Shown: positions 53,704 to 62,005 of the stretch, one piece after another
Numbering within the stretch: position 1 is the first letter of the stretch
How the letters are laid out: the number at the start of each line of letters is the position of its first letter
Assembly (NCBI GenBank): GCA_017991515.1
Contig: JAGOQI010000003.1
Span: 5,921 to 69,920, forward strand
Source of the DNA: Minisyncoccota bacterium
GTDB lineage: Bacteria > Patescibacteriota > Minisyncoccia > Phycocordibacterales > UBA9973
Length of the DNA stretch: 64,000 bases
Reading direction: 5' to 3'
Made by a program: the position numbers and the translations under genes
Notes under the pieces: generated by a model
What the model was told of the DNA's origin: nothing
Seen by the model: the letters and a program-made list of their open reading frames with translations, nothing else
Database searches by the model: none

Positions 53704-54342
53704 TTATACTTCTAAATAATCAATGTTAATTTGCACTGTAGTTGTGCCAACTATAAAACAGTATAACACTTCATCGACTCCTCCTTCAATATAATTTGGA
53801 TGATTGTTTGCACCATAAAGCCCACCAGTCTTTGGGGAAACATATTTTTCATGATCAGTACCACCGGAAGTAAAACGAAATGATACAGAGGTCGCATCTG
53901 TTGTCAAAGAAAACCTCGAAGCATATACTCTTATTTTTTTTCCAGAAGCTGGAGTCCTAACATTTCCAGAAGCAGATAAATTTATAGATAACTTAGTAAC
54001 TCCTTGACCAGAAATTAAAGAAGCTAATGTCTCTTCAGTAGCAGGATTAATTCTATTGTTTGCATCATCCTTTAATCCAACGATATTTGAAGTAGGAGTA
54101 CTACCAGCTACATAAGCTTCTGCAGATTTTGGAAATAATGCCCCTGCAGCAAGCCCAAGACCTGCAACACCGGCAATTTTTAAAAATAGTCTCTTATTAT
54201 CATCAATAGATGAGTCAGGTGTTTCTACTAAAGAAATTGTTTCTTCTTTTTTTACCGGCAAAACAACATCTGGACGCAAAGTAATACTTTGATTTAAAGT
54301 ATTACTTTTTTTAACATCAAAATATTTTTTGGAATTAGACAT
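53704..54342 (-). CDS. hypothetical exported protein with twin-arginine-like (KR variant) signal peptide
   Basis: 212 aa; ..DDNKRLFLKIAGVAGLGLAAGALFPKSAEA-YV: consensus S/T-R-R-x-F-L-K with K-R, hydrophobic core, AxA cleavage site; a 48-aa extension precedes the motif, so the start may be further downstream. Confidence 0.55.
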   Translation of the reverse strand: MSNSKKYFDVKKSNTLNQSITLRPDVVLPVKKEETISLVETPDSSIDDNKRLFLKIAGVAGLGLAAGALFPKSAEAYVAGSTPTSNIVGLKDDANNRINPATEETLASLISGQGVTKLSINLSASGNVRTPASGKKIRVYASRFSLTTDATSVSFRFTSGGTDHEKYVSPKTGGLYGANNHPNYIEGGVDEVLYCFIVGTTTVQINIDYLEV

Positions 54343-54398
54343 GCACTTTCTTCTATAAGCTATATCTTACTACACTTAAACACTGGTGCAAATAAATA

Positions 54399-54430
54399 TT
54401 AAAAACAGTACCTAGTGGTACTGTTTTTAG
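54399..54430. terminator. intrinsic terminator hairpin (aaaaacagtacc-tagt-ggtactgttttt)
   Basis: 12-bp palindrome with built-in A/T runs, downstream of the 78-aa gene and upstream of the tat-linked block. Confidence 0.65.
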
Positions 54431-54444
54431 ACAATATTTATAAA

Positions 54445-54681
54445 TTACTTCCCCATCATTAGTTTTTGGAGTTCACCTTGATGTTTTCGCATTATTTCCA
54501 TAGAAGCAGCCATTTCACTCTTGCCTGACTTTTTAGCATCTTCTATTTCTTTAGAAAGCATCTTGAAAAAATCAGGATTAGCTTCGACGGCTTTCATAAT
54601 GGCATCACGCTGAGCTGGAGGCAAATTTTTCAACTGCTTCTCCATAAGCTTATTTGTTATCATCTTTTTTAATCCAAACAT
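54445..54681 (-). CDS. hypothetical small helical protein
   Basis: 78-aa ORF, Lys/Glu/Met-rich. Confidence 0.45.
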   Translation of the reverse strand: MFGLKKMITNKLMEKQLKNLPPAQRDAIMKAVEANPDFFKMLSKEIEDAKKSGKSEMAASMEIMRKHQGELQKLMMGK

Positions 54682-54719
54682 GACTTTATATTATCACAAA
54701 AAAATAGTTGAATCTACTT

Positions 54720-55472
54720 TTAAAACTTCCTTAATTCTAAAGCTAAAAACATTGGGAATTCTTTGCGGGCTGTATCTTCTGCCTTTTGGCGAGGGCCTGC
54801 TTGACTCTTTTTGTGAGAAATCCATTCTTCTATGGTCGTAATAGCAAAACCTTGTTTCTTGAAAGCTTTCATATACCACTGTAATGATCGATGAAAAGTA
54901 GTTGTTATTCTGCCTTTATTTTTATAAGGGTTTTGTTCTATATCTATTTTTATTTCTGATAAATATTTATCTGTACGACGATATTGTAAATCTTTCTTAC
55001 TATCGAAACCCCAGTCGCTATACTGTGGTATGCGAAAAACTGGATGAAGTAATACTAATGTAAAAGTTCCATCATTTTTCAGAACTCTTTTTATTTCAAA
55101 CATTACTTCATCTACATTTTTGATATTTTCAAAAGCTAATACTGTAAAAACTTTATCGAAAGATTCTTTTTTGAGTTTTATGTCATGGGCTGGTGCAACA
55201 ATATAAGAAATATCTGTCGACTTTTCTTCAGCTATTTTTATAAGATCTTTTGATAAATCTACTCCCGTAACACTAGCTCCAAGATTTTTTATCAATCTAG
55301 AGAAATATCCTTGGCCACAAGCAAGATCTAAAACACTTTCTCCTTTTTTTATTTCAAGAATTCTTAATAAATTAGGAGCTATAACTTTCTCTTGAAAAGA
55401 ATCATTACTCTTTTCTAAATATGAGTCATACCACGGAGCTACATTATCCCAATCTGTTTTTTGTATTTTCAT
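54720..55472 (-). CDS. class I SAM-dependent methyltransferase
   Basis: motif I VLDLACGQGYFS and post-I VDLS; start placed at MKIQKTDWDNVAPWYDSY (4 nt after the upstream stop) instead of the longer overlapping ORF-track start. Confidence 0.8.
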   Translation of the reverse strand: MKIQKTDWDNVAPWYDSYLEKSNDSFQEKVIAPNLLRILEIKKGESVLDLACGQGYFSRLIKNLGASVTGVDLSKDLIKIAEEKSTDISYIVAPAHDIKLKKESFDKVFTVLAFENIKNVDEVMFEIKRVLKNDGTFTLVLLHPVFRIPQYSDWGFDSKKDLQYRRTDKYLSEIKIDIEQNPYKNKGRITTTFHRSLQWYMKAFKKQGFAITTIEEWISHKKSQAGPRQKAEDTARKEFPMFLALELRKF

Positions 55473-55476
55473 TTTT

Positions 55477-56679
55477 TTAACACTCTCCTCTTCGGTATTT
55501 TGCTCCTTGCTTAAAGACTTCAAAAACATACTTTGGAGAAACAAGGCTTGTAAAATATTTAAAATCAATAAAACTGCGCAATATCCAAGGAATAAAACCA
55601 GTTATGACAAATTTTTTATATGTAAAAACTGCCCAATTGTGGCCAATAGGCACAACATAAGCTATAGTTTTCCCCTTAAAAGGTTTTATTGCTAAACCTC
55701 TAACACGATTTGAAATAACATTACCAACATATTTACCATGAACAATGGCGCCCTGAGCAAGCCCTGTTCCCATGGCACTAGCACCATCTCCTATAACAAA
55801 TACATTTTTGTCTTCAGGAATAGAAAAATCTGTAGAAACAACAACTCTTTTTCTTATATCTAACGGTAGGCTTTCAAATGATTCATTTATTTTAGTCCCC
55901 GCAGTCCAAATAACTGTTCCGGAGCTTAGTGTCATTCCACTAGCTGTTATATTATCTAAGTCTTGAGCTTTTAAAGTTCTGTTTGTATATAGATTTACTT
56001 TTAGTTTTCGAAGTCTTGCCTCAGCCTTGTCTGAAACTTTCTCTGGCATCATAGCTAATACCCTAGGACTAGACTCAAACAAATCCACAGTTACAAGACT
56101 AGGATCAATATGATATCTCTTGGTCATTTTGCGGAGATAAGTAGTTATGTCACCTGCGAGCTCCACTCCTGATGGTCCTCCACCGACAACACTCACATGA
56201 AAACGATTAACAAGCTCATCTTTTGGAACATCTTTTGATTTTTGTAAGAGTTCTAGAAAATGCTGCTTTAATGCCAAAGCCTCTTTAGCGGATTTGAATG
56301 AAAAAGCAAATTCTTTAATGCCTGGAATATTAAAATAATTTGTCTCACTTCCCATAGCTAGTACAAGATAGTCATAAGAAAATGTTTGACCATCATAAAG
56401 AGTTACTTCTTTTTTATCTTTATCATAAGAGTGATACTGACCTTGGATTACAGTGATTCTACTACTATGACCACGAAATATTTTATTATACGGGACACAA
56501 ACTTCAATGGCTAAAGCCCCTGTCACGATCTTATAAAGTGCTGGATAATATTCAAAAAATGGGTTCTTTGTTATAAGAGTAATATCAATATTTTTATTTT
56601 TTAAGAGTTTTTTTGCTGTTTCTATACCGGCAAAACCCCCTCCAACAATAACCACTTTTTTCTGTTTTCCTGACTGCAT
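55477..56679 (-). CDS. type II NADH dehydrogenase-like / pyridine nucleotide-disulfide family FAD oxidoreductase
   Basis: 400 aa; two dinucleotide-binding motifs (KVVIVGGGFAGIETAKKL; HVSVVGGGPSGVELAGD). Confidence 0.8.
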   Translation of the reverse strand: MQSGKQKKVVIVGGGFAGIETAKKLLKNKNIDITLITKNPFFEYYPALYKIVTGALAIEVCVPYNKIFRGHSSRITVIQGQYHSYDKDKKEVTLYDGQTFSYDYLVLAMGSETNYFNIPGIKEFAFSFKSAKEALALKQHFLELLQKSKDVPKDELVNRFHVSVVGGGPSGVELAGDITTYLRKMTKRYHIDPSLVTVDLFESSPRVLAMMPEKVSDKAEARLRKLKVNLYTNRTLKAQDLDNITASGMTLSSGTVIWTAGTKINESFESLPLDIRKRVVVSTDFSIPEDKNVFVIGDGASAMGTGLAQGAIVHGKYVGNVISNRVRGLAIKPFKGKTIAYVVPIGHNWAVFTYKKFVITGFIPWILRSFIDFKYFTSLVSPKYVFEVFKQGAKYRRGEC

Positions 56680-56764
56680 AACAGGTATTATAACACCTAT
56701 ATAGAATAAGCCTTATTTTTGATGTATACTGTGTAATATAAGGTGATTTGACTCGTCACTATAA

Positions 56765-57295
56765 ATGAAAGGTTCCATGAATACCGAAAACGAAAAACAA
56801 GCCTTATTTTCTAAGCTATTTGAAGAGTATCAAGATGCCATATTTAGGTTCACATTCTTTAGAGTGGGTAACAGACATATAGCCCTTGATATTACTCAAG
56901 ATACATTTGTAAGGCTTTGGAGGCATATATCCAAAGGTAAAACTATAGACCACGAAAGTGCCTTTGTTTACCGTATAGCAAAAAATGCTGTTATAGACTA
57001 CTACAAGAAGTCAAAAACTTTTTCATTAGACAGTATGCTTGAAAATGGATTCGATCCAGAAACTAATGTTCATACTGATGAAATATTCAAAAATGATGAC
57101 ATTAAAACAGTTCAGGATTTACTTGAAGACTTAGATGAGGAAAGTAAACAAATAATCTTCTTACGGTATACAGAAGAAAAACCTATAGAAGAGATAGCTG
57201 ATTTGTATGGCAAGACTACAAATGCTATGACAGTGCGTATTCATAGAATAGTCCAAAAACTCAAAGGTCGTTACAACGAAACACAATATGATTGA
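56765..57295 (+). CDS. RNA polymerase sigma factor, sigma-70 ECF subfamily
   Basis: 176 aa; region 2 (..DAIFRFTFFRVGNRHIALDITQDTFVRLW..) and region 4 HTH (..IIFLRYTEEKPIEEIADLYGKTTNAMTVRIHRIVQKLK). Confidence 0.85.
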   Translation: MKGSMNTENEKQALFSKLFEEYQDAIFRFTFFRVGNRHIALDITQDTFVRLWRHISKGKTIDHESAFVYRIAKNAVIDYYKKSKTFSLDSMLENGFDPETNVHTDEIFKNDDIKTVQDLLEDLDEESKQIIFLRYTEEKPIEEIADLYGKTTNAMTVRIHRIVQKLKGRYNETQYD

Positions 57296-58061
57296 TAAAA
57301 AAATTGAACAATTAAAAATGTTAAAAGATATCACTCTTTCTGAAAAAGAACGGGGTATTCTTCGTACCAAGATTGCTAGAAGTATTCAAACACTAGAATC
57401 TACACCAAAAATATCTTATTTTTACAGTGGAGTCAGTCATGGTCTTCGTATTGGCTTATCAACATTTCTATTTATAGTTTTCGTTGGCGGGAGTGTTTCT
57501 GTTGTAGCTGATAATTCCCTTCCTGGAGATCCTTTGTACTCATTTAAAATAAATGTAAACGAAGAAGTTAAAGGTGCTTTTATAAAAAGCCCTGCAGACA
57601 AACTCTCATATCAAACAACTCTAATAGATAATCGTTTAACAGAAATCAAAACTCTTGCTGCTTCAAAAACACTAACAAAAGCTAAACAAGAAACAGCTCA
57701 AAAAGCATTGGATACTCACATAGAGTCACTTTCAAAACAACTCTCTACACTCTCTGATGCGAAGCCTGCAGAAGCTTTAAAAGTAACAGCAACTCTTGAA
57801 GAGAGCTTGAAAGTACAAAAAGAAGACCTAGAAAAAATTATTGTAAAAGAAAATAGTGATACAACAGATACTGCTTTGAAAGCCGTAGATGATACTATAA
57901 AAAAAGTATCTGCCCAAGAAGTAAAAATAATCTCAAAAGAAATTGATCAACTTGTTTTAGATATAAAAGAAGTTCCAGAAACTAAAGTTACAGGAGAAAC
58001 AGAAGTAAAATCTACTACTGAAGTTAAGGCTCCTGCTCTACCTTCTTCTCCATTAAGATAA
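57288..58061 (+). CDS. DUF5667-type membrane protein, candidate anti-sigma factor partner
   Basis: 257 aa; overlaps the sigma gene by 8 nt; single TM then LPGDPLYSFK hallmark motif and extended helical region. Confidence 0.65.
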   Translation: MIDKKIEQLKMLKDITLSEKERGILRTKIARSIQTLESTPKISYFYSGVSHGLRIGLSTFLFIVFVGGSVSVVADNSLPGDPLYSFKINVNEEVKGAFIKSPADKLSYQTTLIDNRLTEIKTLAASKTLTKAKQETAQKALDTHIESLSKQLSTLSDAKPAEALKVTATLEESLKVQKEDLEKIIVKENSDTTDTALKAVDDTIKKVSAQEVKIISKEIDQLVLDIKEVPETKVTGETEVKSTTEVKAPALPSSPLR

Positions 58062-59352
58062 AAAGAATTATCACCACCAATAAAACTCCGCCAAAAATTA
58101 ACTTTTTTGATTGCGGATTTTTATTTTTCTCCGGTTCTATTTTAAAATCTTGAATATTAAGAACATTTTGATCTTCTAGTGTGTTTTCATTATAAATACC
58201 AAGAACCTTTGGTGCACTTACTTGAGAAGACGACTTTACTTCTGTATTGTTTTTCTCCTGAACTACACTGTTAACTATATCAACTCTTTGAGATGTTTGA
58301 AGAACAGCATTTGTATATTTATTATCAGAGATACCAAAAGAACTAAATGGCATCAAAACACTCTTTTTAGATGCAATAATAGTAAATGCTGGTAATTCGA
58401 TTAATTTATTATCAGGTAATTCAATAAACCAACCAGAGATATCTATGGGTACTACATCAGAGTTCGTGAACTCAAAACCTTTTTCAGAGATAACCCTGAA
58501 ACTAATTTGATTATTAATAACCGTTTTTTCAATAGAACTATAGAGAAAAGGTTTCTTTTCATAAGGTGCTCTAAAATAAGCAAATGAAATAGTGTAAAGA
58601 CCAGGATAATTATAAGTATGATTTATAATTTCATTTTTATTAGACTTGTAAACTGTTCCATCGCCCATATTCCAAAGAAATAATCCTTCGTAAGCTTGCC
58701 CAAACTCTAAAAATGTTTTAGCACTATACTCTGCACTAACTTTAATATAAACATTTTTTGGTATTGATATTTCTATATGAGGTTCAGATTTAGGGGCTGA
58801 CCAAGCTACTCCTGTATTATTTTTTGGAGGATCTCCTGGTGTATCTTCTGCACCTTTTGGAGTCGCAGACTTAGGAGTTGGATTTGTGGTAATCCATTTT
58901 GAACCATCCCATTGCATAGTTTGTTTTGTAGTTGCATCTCCTGCTGGCCAACCAGAAGAAAAATCTAAACTTTGCTCTATTGTTCCTACTGAATTTTTTA
59001 ATACTAAATACTCTCCAGTATTTGCAAAACCGCTACCACTAAATGGTCCTGACTCATCATTTATACCTGGAACTGGGTCGGGACTACTAGCTGTCGTTCT
59101 TTCTACTAATAAATACCCTTCTGAAGAAATAGTTTTTGTTAGAGTAAAAACAAGTTGATCTCCTCCACCTTCATAAAGTTTCCAACCAGACAAGGAAACA
59201 TTTTCCGCACTATCATTGTACAATTCAATCCATTCTCCAAACTGACTTTCTGCCGTACCCATCCAGGCAATCTCTGTAATACGAACACTAGCAAAAGCAT
59301 AGTTTGTTATCAATAACACCGTGCATATGAACAATGTTGCAAAACGAATCAT
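58024..59352 (-). CDS. lamin-tail-domain (LTD) secreted protein with C-terminal TM anchor
   Basis: 442 aa; signal peptide; LTD-like block RITEIAWMGTAESQFGEWIELYNDSAENVSLSGWKL..GYLLVE and a second degenerate copy (ISGWFIELPDNKLIELPAFTIIA); C-terminal TM LIFGGVLLVVIILFILM. Confidence 0.6.
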   Translation of the reverse strand: MIRFATLFICTVLLITNYAFASVRITEIAWMGTAESQFGEWIELYNDSAENVSLSGWKLYEGGGDQLVFTLTKTISSEGYLLVERTTASSPDPVPGINDESGPFSGSGFANTGEYLVLKNSVGTIEQSLDFSSGWPAGDATTKQTMQWDGSKWITTNPTPKSATPKGAEDTPGDPPKNNTGVAWSAPKSEPHIEISIPKNVYIKVSAEYSAKTFLEFGQAYEGLFLWNMGDGTVYKSNKNEIINHTYNYPGLYTISFAYFRAPYEKKPFLYSSIEKTVINNQISFRVISEKGFEFTNSDVVPIDISGWFIELPDNKLIELPAFTIIASKKSVLMPFSSFGISDNKYTNAVLQTSQRVDIVNSVVQEKNNTEVKSSSQVSAPKVLGIYNENTLEDQNVLNIQDFKIEPEKNKNPQSKKLIFGGVLLVVIILFILMEKKVEQEP

Positions 59353-59361
59353 GTTAAAAAA

Positions 59362-61221
59362 TTATTCTAAAATCTTTTTCAAATCTTTATGAGAAATTTC
59401 TTGAGGATTTGTATTTTCTTTTTCTTGTATAAGATCTTCTTGTTTTTGTTTTAATGGAATTTCTACAATATTTTCCTCTGATGTTTTATTTCCAGAAGTT
59501 GCTTTTAAAAGAGCTTCTTTTAAAAGATTTCTGTGAGCTTCTGTTGGGCCCCTTTCTGCATGCTTAACAGGTGGAACAGTTTCAGAAAGAGTTTTTTCTC
59601 CAGTAAAAGGTGCTTTTTGTTGAGGAACTGGTTTGAAAGATTTTTCTTTTTTCTCAGAAGAACTATCAATCGAGTCTAGTAGTTTAGAGAGTTCAGGACT
59701 TGGCTTTATTACAGAACCTTCTTCTGGTTTCAAATCAGTTTTTTCAAATATTTTTTTAAAAGGATTATGAGTTTTTGGCTGTATAGGCTTTTGTGTTTCT
59801 ACTTCAATAACTTTTTCTACTGAAGTATTAGTTGACTGTAGTTTCTTTTCATAAACATCTTTATTTACAGGAACATATGGCTTCTTTTCTGTTGGCTTAG
59901 CAGGTTTATTATTTTGAATATCAGACTCATCAGTTTTAAACCAAGCGGCAATATTTTCTTCAACCCTATCTTTTGGTTTTGCAAAATTTGCTCGAGTCCA
60001 TTCAATAACATCATTCCGATATGTTATAGCTGGTTTTTGTATTGGAAATAAGGTTTTGGCAGAAAATGGAGGTGAACCAATATCATTAATCATAAGGGAC
60101 AAATAAATCTGCGCCATGCCTAAATTTATCAGGTCTGTGGCGGTAAACTGTGGGGCGTAAACTTTCTCTAAAAGCTCAGCATCAAGTGGTCCTACACGAA
60201 ATGAAATACTAGTTCCAACGTTACCAAAAACAGCGTCTCTTACAGATTCTTCCATTTGGGCTATGTATTGGTGAGCAATGATAAGAGCAAGTTTATACTT
60301 ACGAGCTTCTGACAAAATATTAGCAAAAGATTCGTTGGCAAAAGACTGGAATTCATCGACATAGAAATAAAAAGGCGGAAGATCTGCCATGCGAGAATAA
60401 GAAACATCTGCACGACTCATGGCTGCAATATAAATCTTAGTAATAATCATAGAACCAAGAAGACTAGTATTTTGTTCGCCAATACGGCCTTTTGAGAGGT
60501 TAACAATAAGAATTTTCTTATTGTCCATAATGTCTCGAACATCAAAACTAGACTTCGGTTGTCCGATAATATTTCTTATCAAAGGGTTGGCTGTAAACTG
60601 ACCGATTTTGTTTTGAATTGCCGCACCTGCTTCTTGCATATATCTCTCACCATATTTTTCAAATTCATCAGTCCAAAAAGCTTTTACAGATGGGTCTGTA
60701 ATACTTGCAACCACCTTTTTTCTAAAAGCTTTATCAGAGAGCATTCTGTTCACCCCGAGAAGTGTTGCGTCAGGATATTCTAAAAGTGCCAAAAGAATAT
60801 TATTCAAAATATATTCCATACGAGCACTCCAAGCATCTACCCAAATTTTCTTGAAGGTACTCATAAGACCAGAGGCTACAAAGTGTCTCTTATCTTCCCC
60901 TATGTCTTCCAGCATGTTAAAAGACACAGGATGCTCGAGGTCAAAAGGAGCAAAGTAGACCACATCTTTTATGCGGTGCTCAGGTATGTAGTCGAGCATT
61001 TTTTCAGCAAAAGAGCCGTGAGGATCAAGAACAGCTACACCTTCTCCATTTTGGATATCTTGGATAGCCATATTTTCAAGAAGTGTAGACTTACCTACAC
61101 CCGACTTTCCCACTACATACATGTGTCGAGTACGGTCGCGAGTTTTTATACCAAAACGAGTTTGTTGATTACGAAAATTTGTCTCGCCAAAATAAGTTAT
61201 TCGCTCACCTTCATTTTGCAT
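59362..61221 (-). CDS. soluble FtsK/HerA-superfamily ATPase resembling type IV secretion coupling proteins (TraD/TraG/VirD4-like), with low-complexity C-terminal tail
   Basis: 619 aa; Walker A VVGKSGVGKST; ..YFYVDEFQSFANESFANILSEARKYKLALIIAHQYIAQM.. resembling the Walker B / TraG-D C-terminal region; no N-terminal TM. Confidence 0.5.
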   Translation of the reverse strand: MQNEGERITYFGETNFRNQQTRFGIKTRDRTRHMYVVGKSGVGKSTLLENMAIQDIQNGEGVAVLDPHGSFAEKMLDYIPEHRIKDVVYFAPFDLEHPVSFNMLEDIGEDKRHFVASGLMSTFKKIWVDAWSARMEYILNNILLALLEYPDATLLGVNRMLSDKAFRKKVVASITDPSVKAFWTDEFEKYGERYMQEAGAAIQNKIGQFTANPLIRNIIGQPKSSFDVRDIMDNKKILIVNLSKGRIGEQNTSLLGSMIITKIYIAAMSRADVSYSRMADLPPFYFYVDEFQSFANESFANILSEARKYKLALIIAHQYIAQMEESVRDAVFGNVGTSISFRVGPLDAELLEKVYAPQFTATDLINLGMAQIYLSLMINDIGSPPFSAKTLFPIQKPAITYRNDVIEWTRANFAKPKDRVEENIAAWFKTDESDIQNNKPAKPTEKKPYVPVNKDVYEKKLQSTNTSVEKVIEVETQKPIQPKTHNPFKKIFEKTDLKPEEGSVIKPSPELSKLLDSIDSSSEKKEKSFKPVPQQKAPFTGEKTLSETVPPVKHAERGPTEAHRNLLKEALLKATSGNKTSEENIVEIPLKQKQEDLIQEKENTNPQEISHKDLKKILE

Positions 61222-61251
61222 TGTCTATATTATAGCAGGAATTTTGTATGA

Positions 61252-61995
61252 CTATAGTCCTAAATTTGTTCTACTATATTCATAAAGTACTACAGAGGTT
61301 GCAGTAGCAGCATTTAAGGACTCACACTTTGGATCCATGGGTATAGAAAGTGGTATGTCACAAAGCTCCAAAGTCTTCTCTCTTATCCCTACTGATTCGT
61401 TACCTACTATAAATAGTGTTGGAGTATCAAACTTGGCTTTTGAAAGTTCGGTCGAACCGTTCATTACAAGTCCATAAGACCAATATCCTTTTGTCTTTAG
61501 ATCTCTTATTGTCTGATTTACATTACCAATGAGAACTATTGGGATACGAAAAACCATTCCAACAGAAGTTTTAATAACTACCCCGGTGACTGGAGACTGG
61601 TTATGCTTGGGCATAAGTATTGCACTAGCGCCAAAAGCAACCGCCGAACGGATAATAGCTCCAACATTGTGCGGGTCATGAAGTTCATCCAAAAGCACTA
61701 TGCAAGGATTTTTCTTTTTACTTGCATTTTCTAGTGCAATATCCATTGATGAGTAAAGTTTGTCAGAATTTAAGACAGCAATAACACCTTGGTGAACCGC
61801 ATCGCTCCCAACATCTTTTTTAACATCGCCTTTCATACTACTGACACCTATAGAGTGTTTTTTCAACAGAGAAGCCAGATCTTTATCACCATCATTTTCT
61901 TTACTAAGAAAAACTTTAGAAATAACTTCTGGGCGCGCCAAAAGAGCTTCTATTAGAGCATGTTTACCGTATAGATACATCTTATCTGTTGCCAT
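61252..61995 (-). CDS. SpoU/TrmH-family RNA 2'-O-methyltransferase (RlmB-like)
   Basis: 247 aa; substrate-binding N-domain (LYGKHALIEALL) and SPOUT motifs (LLDELHDPHNVGAIIRSAVAFGA; LNAATATSVVLYE). Confidence 0.8.
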   Translation of the reverse strand: MATDKMYLYGKHALIEALLARPEVISKVFLSKENDGDKDLASLLKKHSIGVSSMKGDVKKDVGSDAVHQGVIAVLNSDKLYSSMDIALENASKKKNPCIVLLDELHDPHNVGAIIRSAVAFGASAILMPKHNQSPVTGVVIKTSVGMVFRIPIVLIGNVNQTIRDLKTKGYWSYGLVMNGSTELSKAKFDTPTLFIVGNESVGIREKTLELCDIPLSIPMDPKCESLNAATATSVVLYEYSRTNLGL

Positions 61996-62005
61996 AAGAG
62001 ATATA

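Noticed and set aside
54694-54879. 61-aa minus-strand ORF
   Set aside because: Overlaps the 3' end of the SAM methyltransferase in another frame
55477-55568. Upstream extension of the methyltransferase ORF to 282 aa
   Set aside because: Would overlap the NDH-2-like gene by 92 nt; the internal Met (MKIQKTDWDN...) starts 4 nt after that gene's stop and precedes the conserved MTase domain, so the shorter form was called
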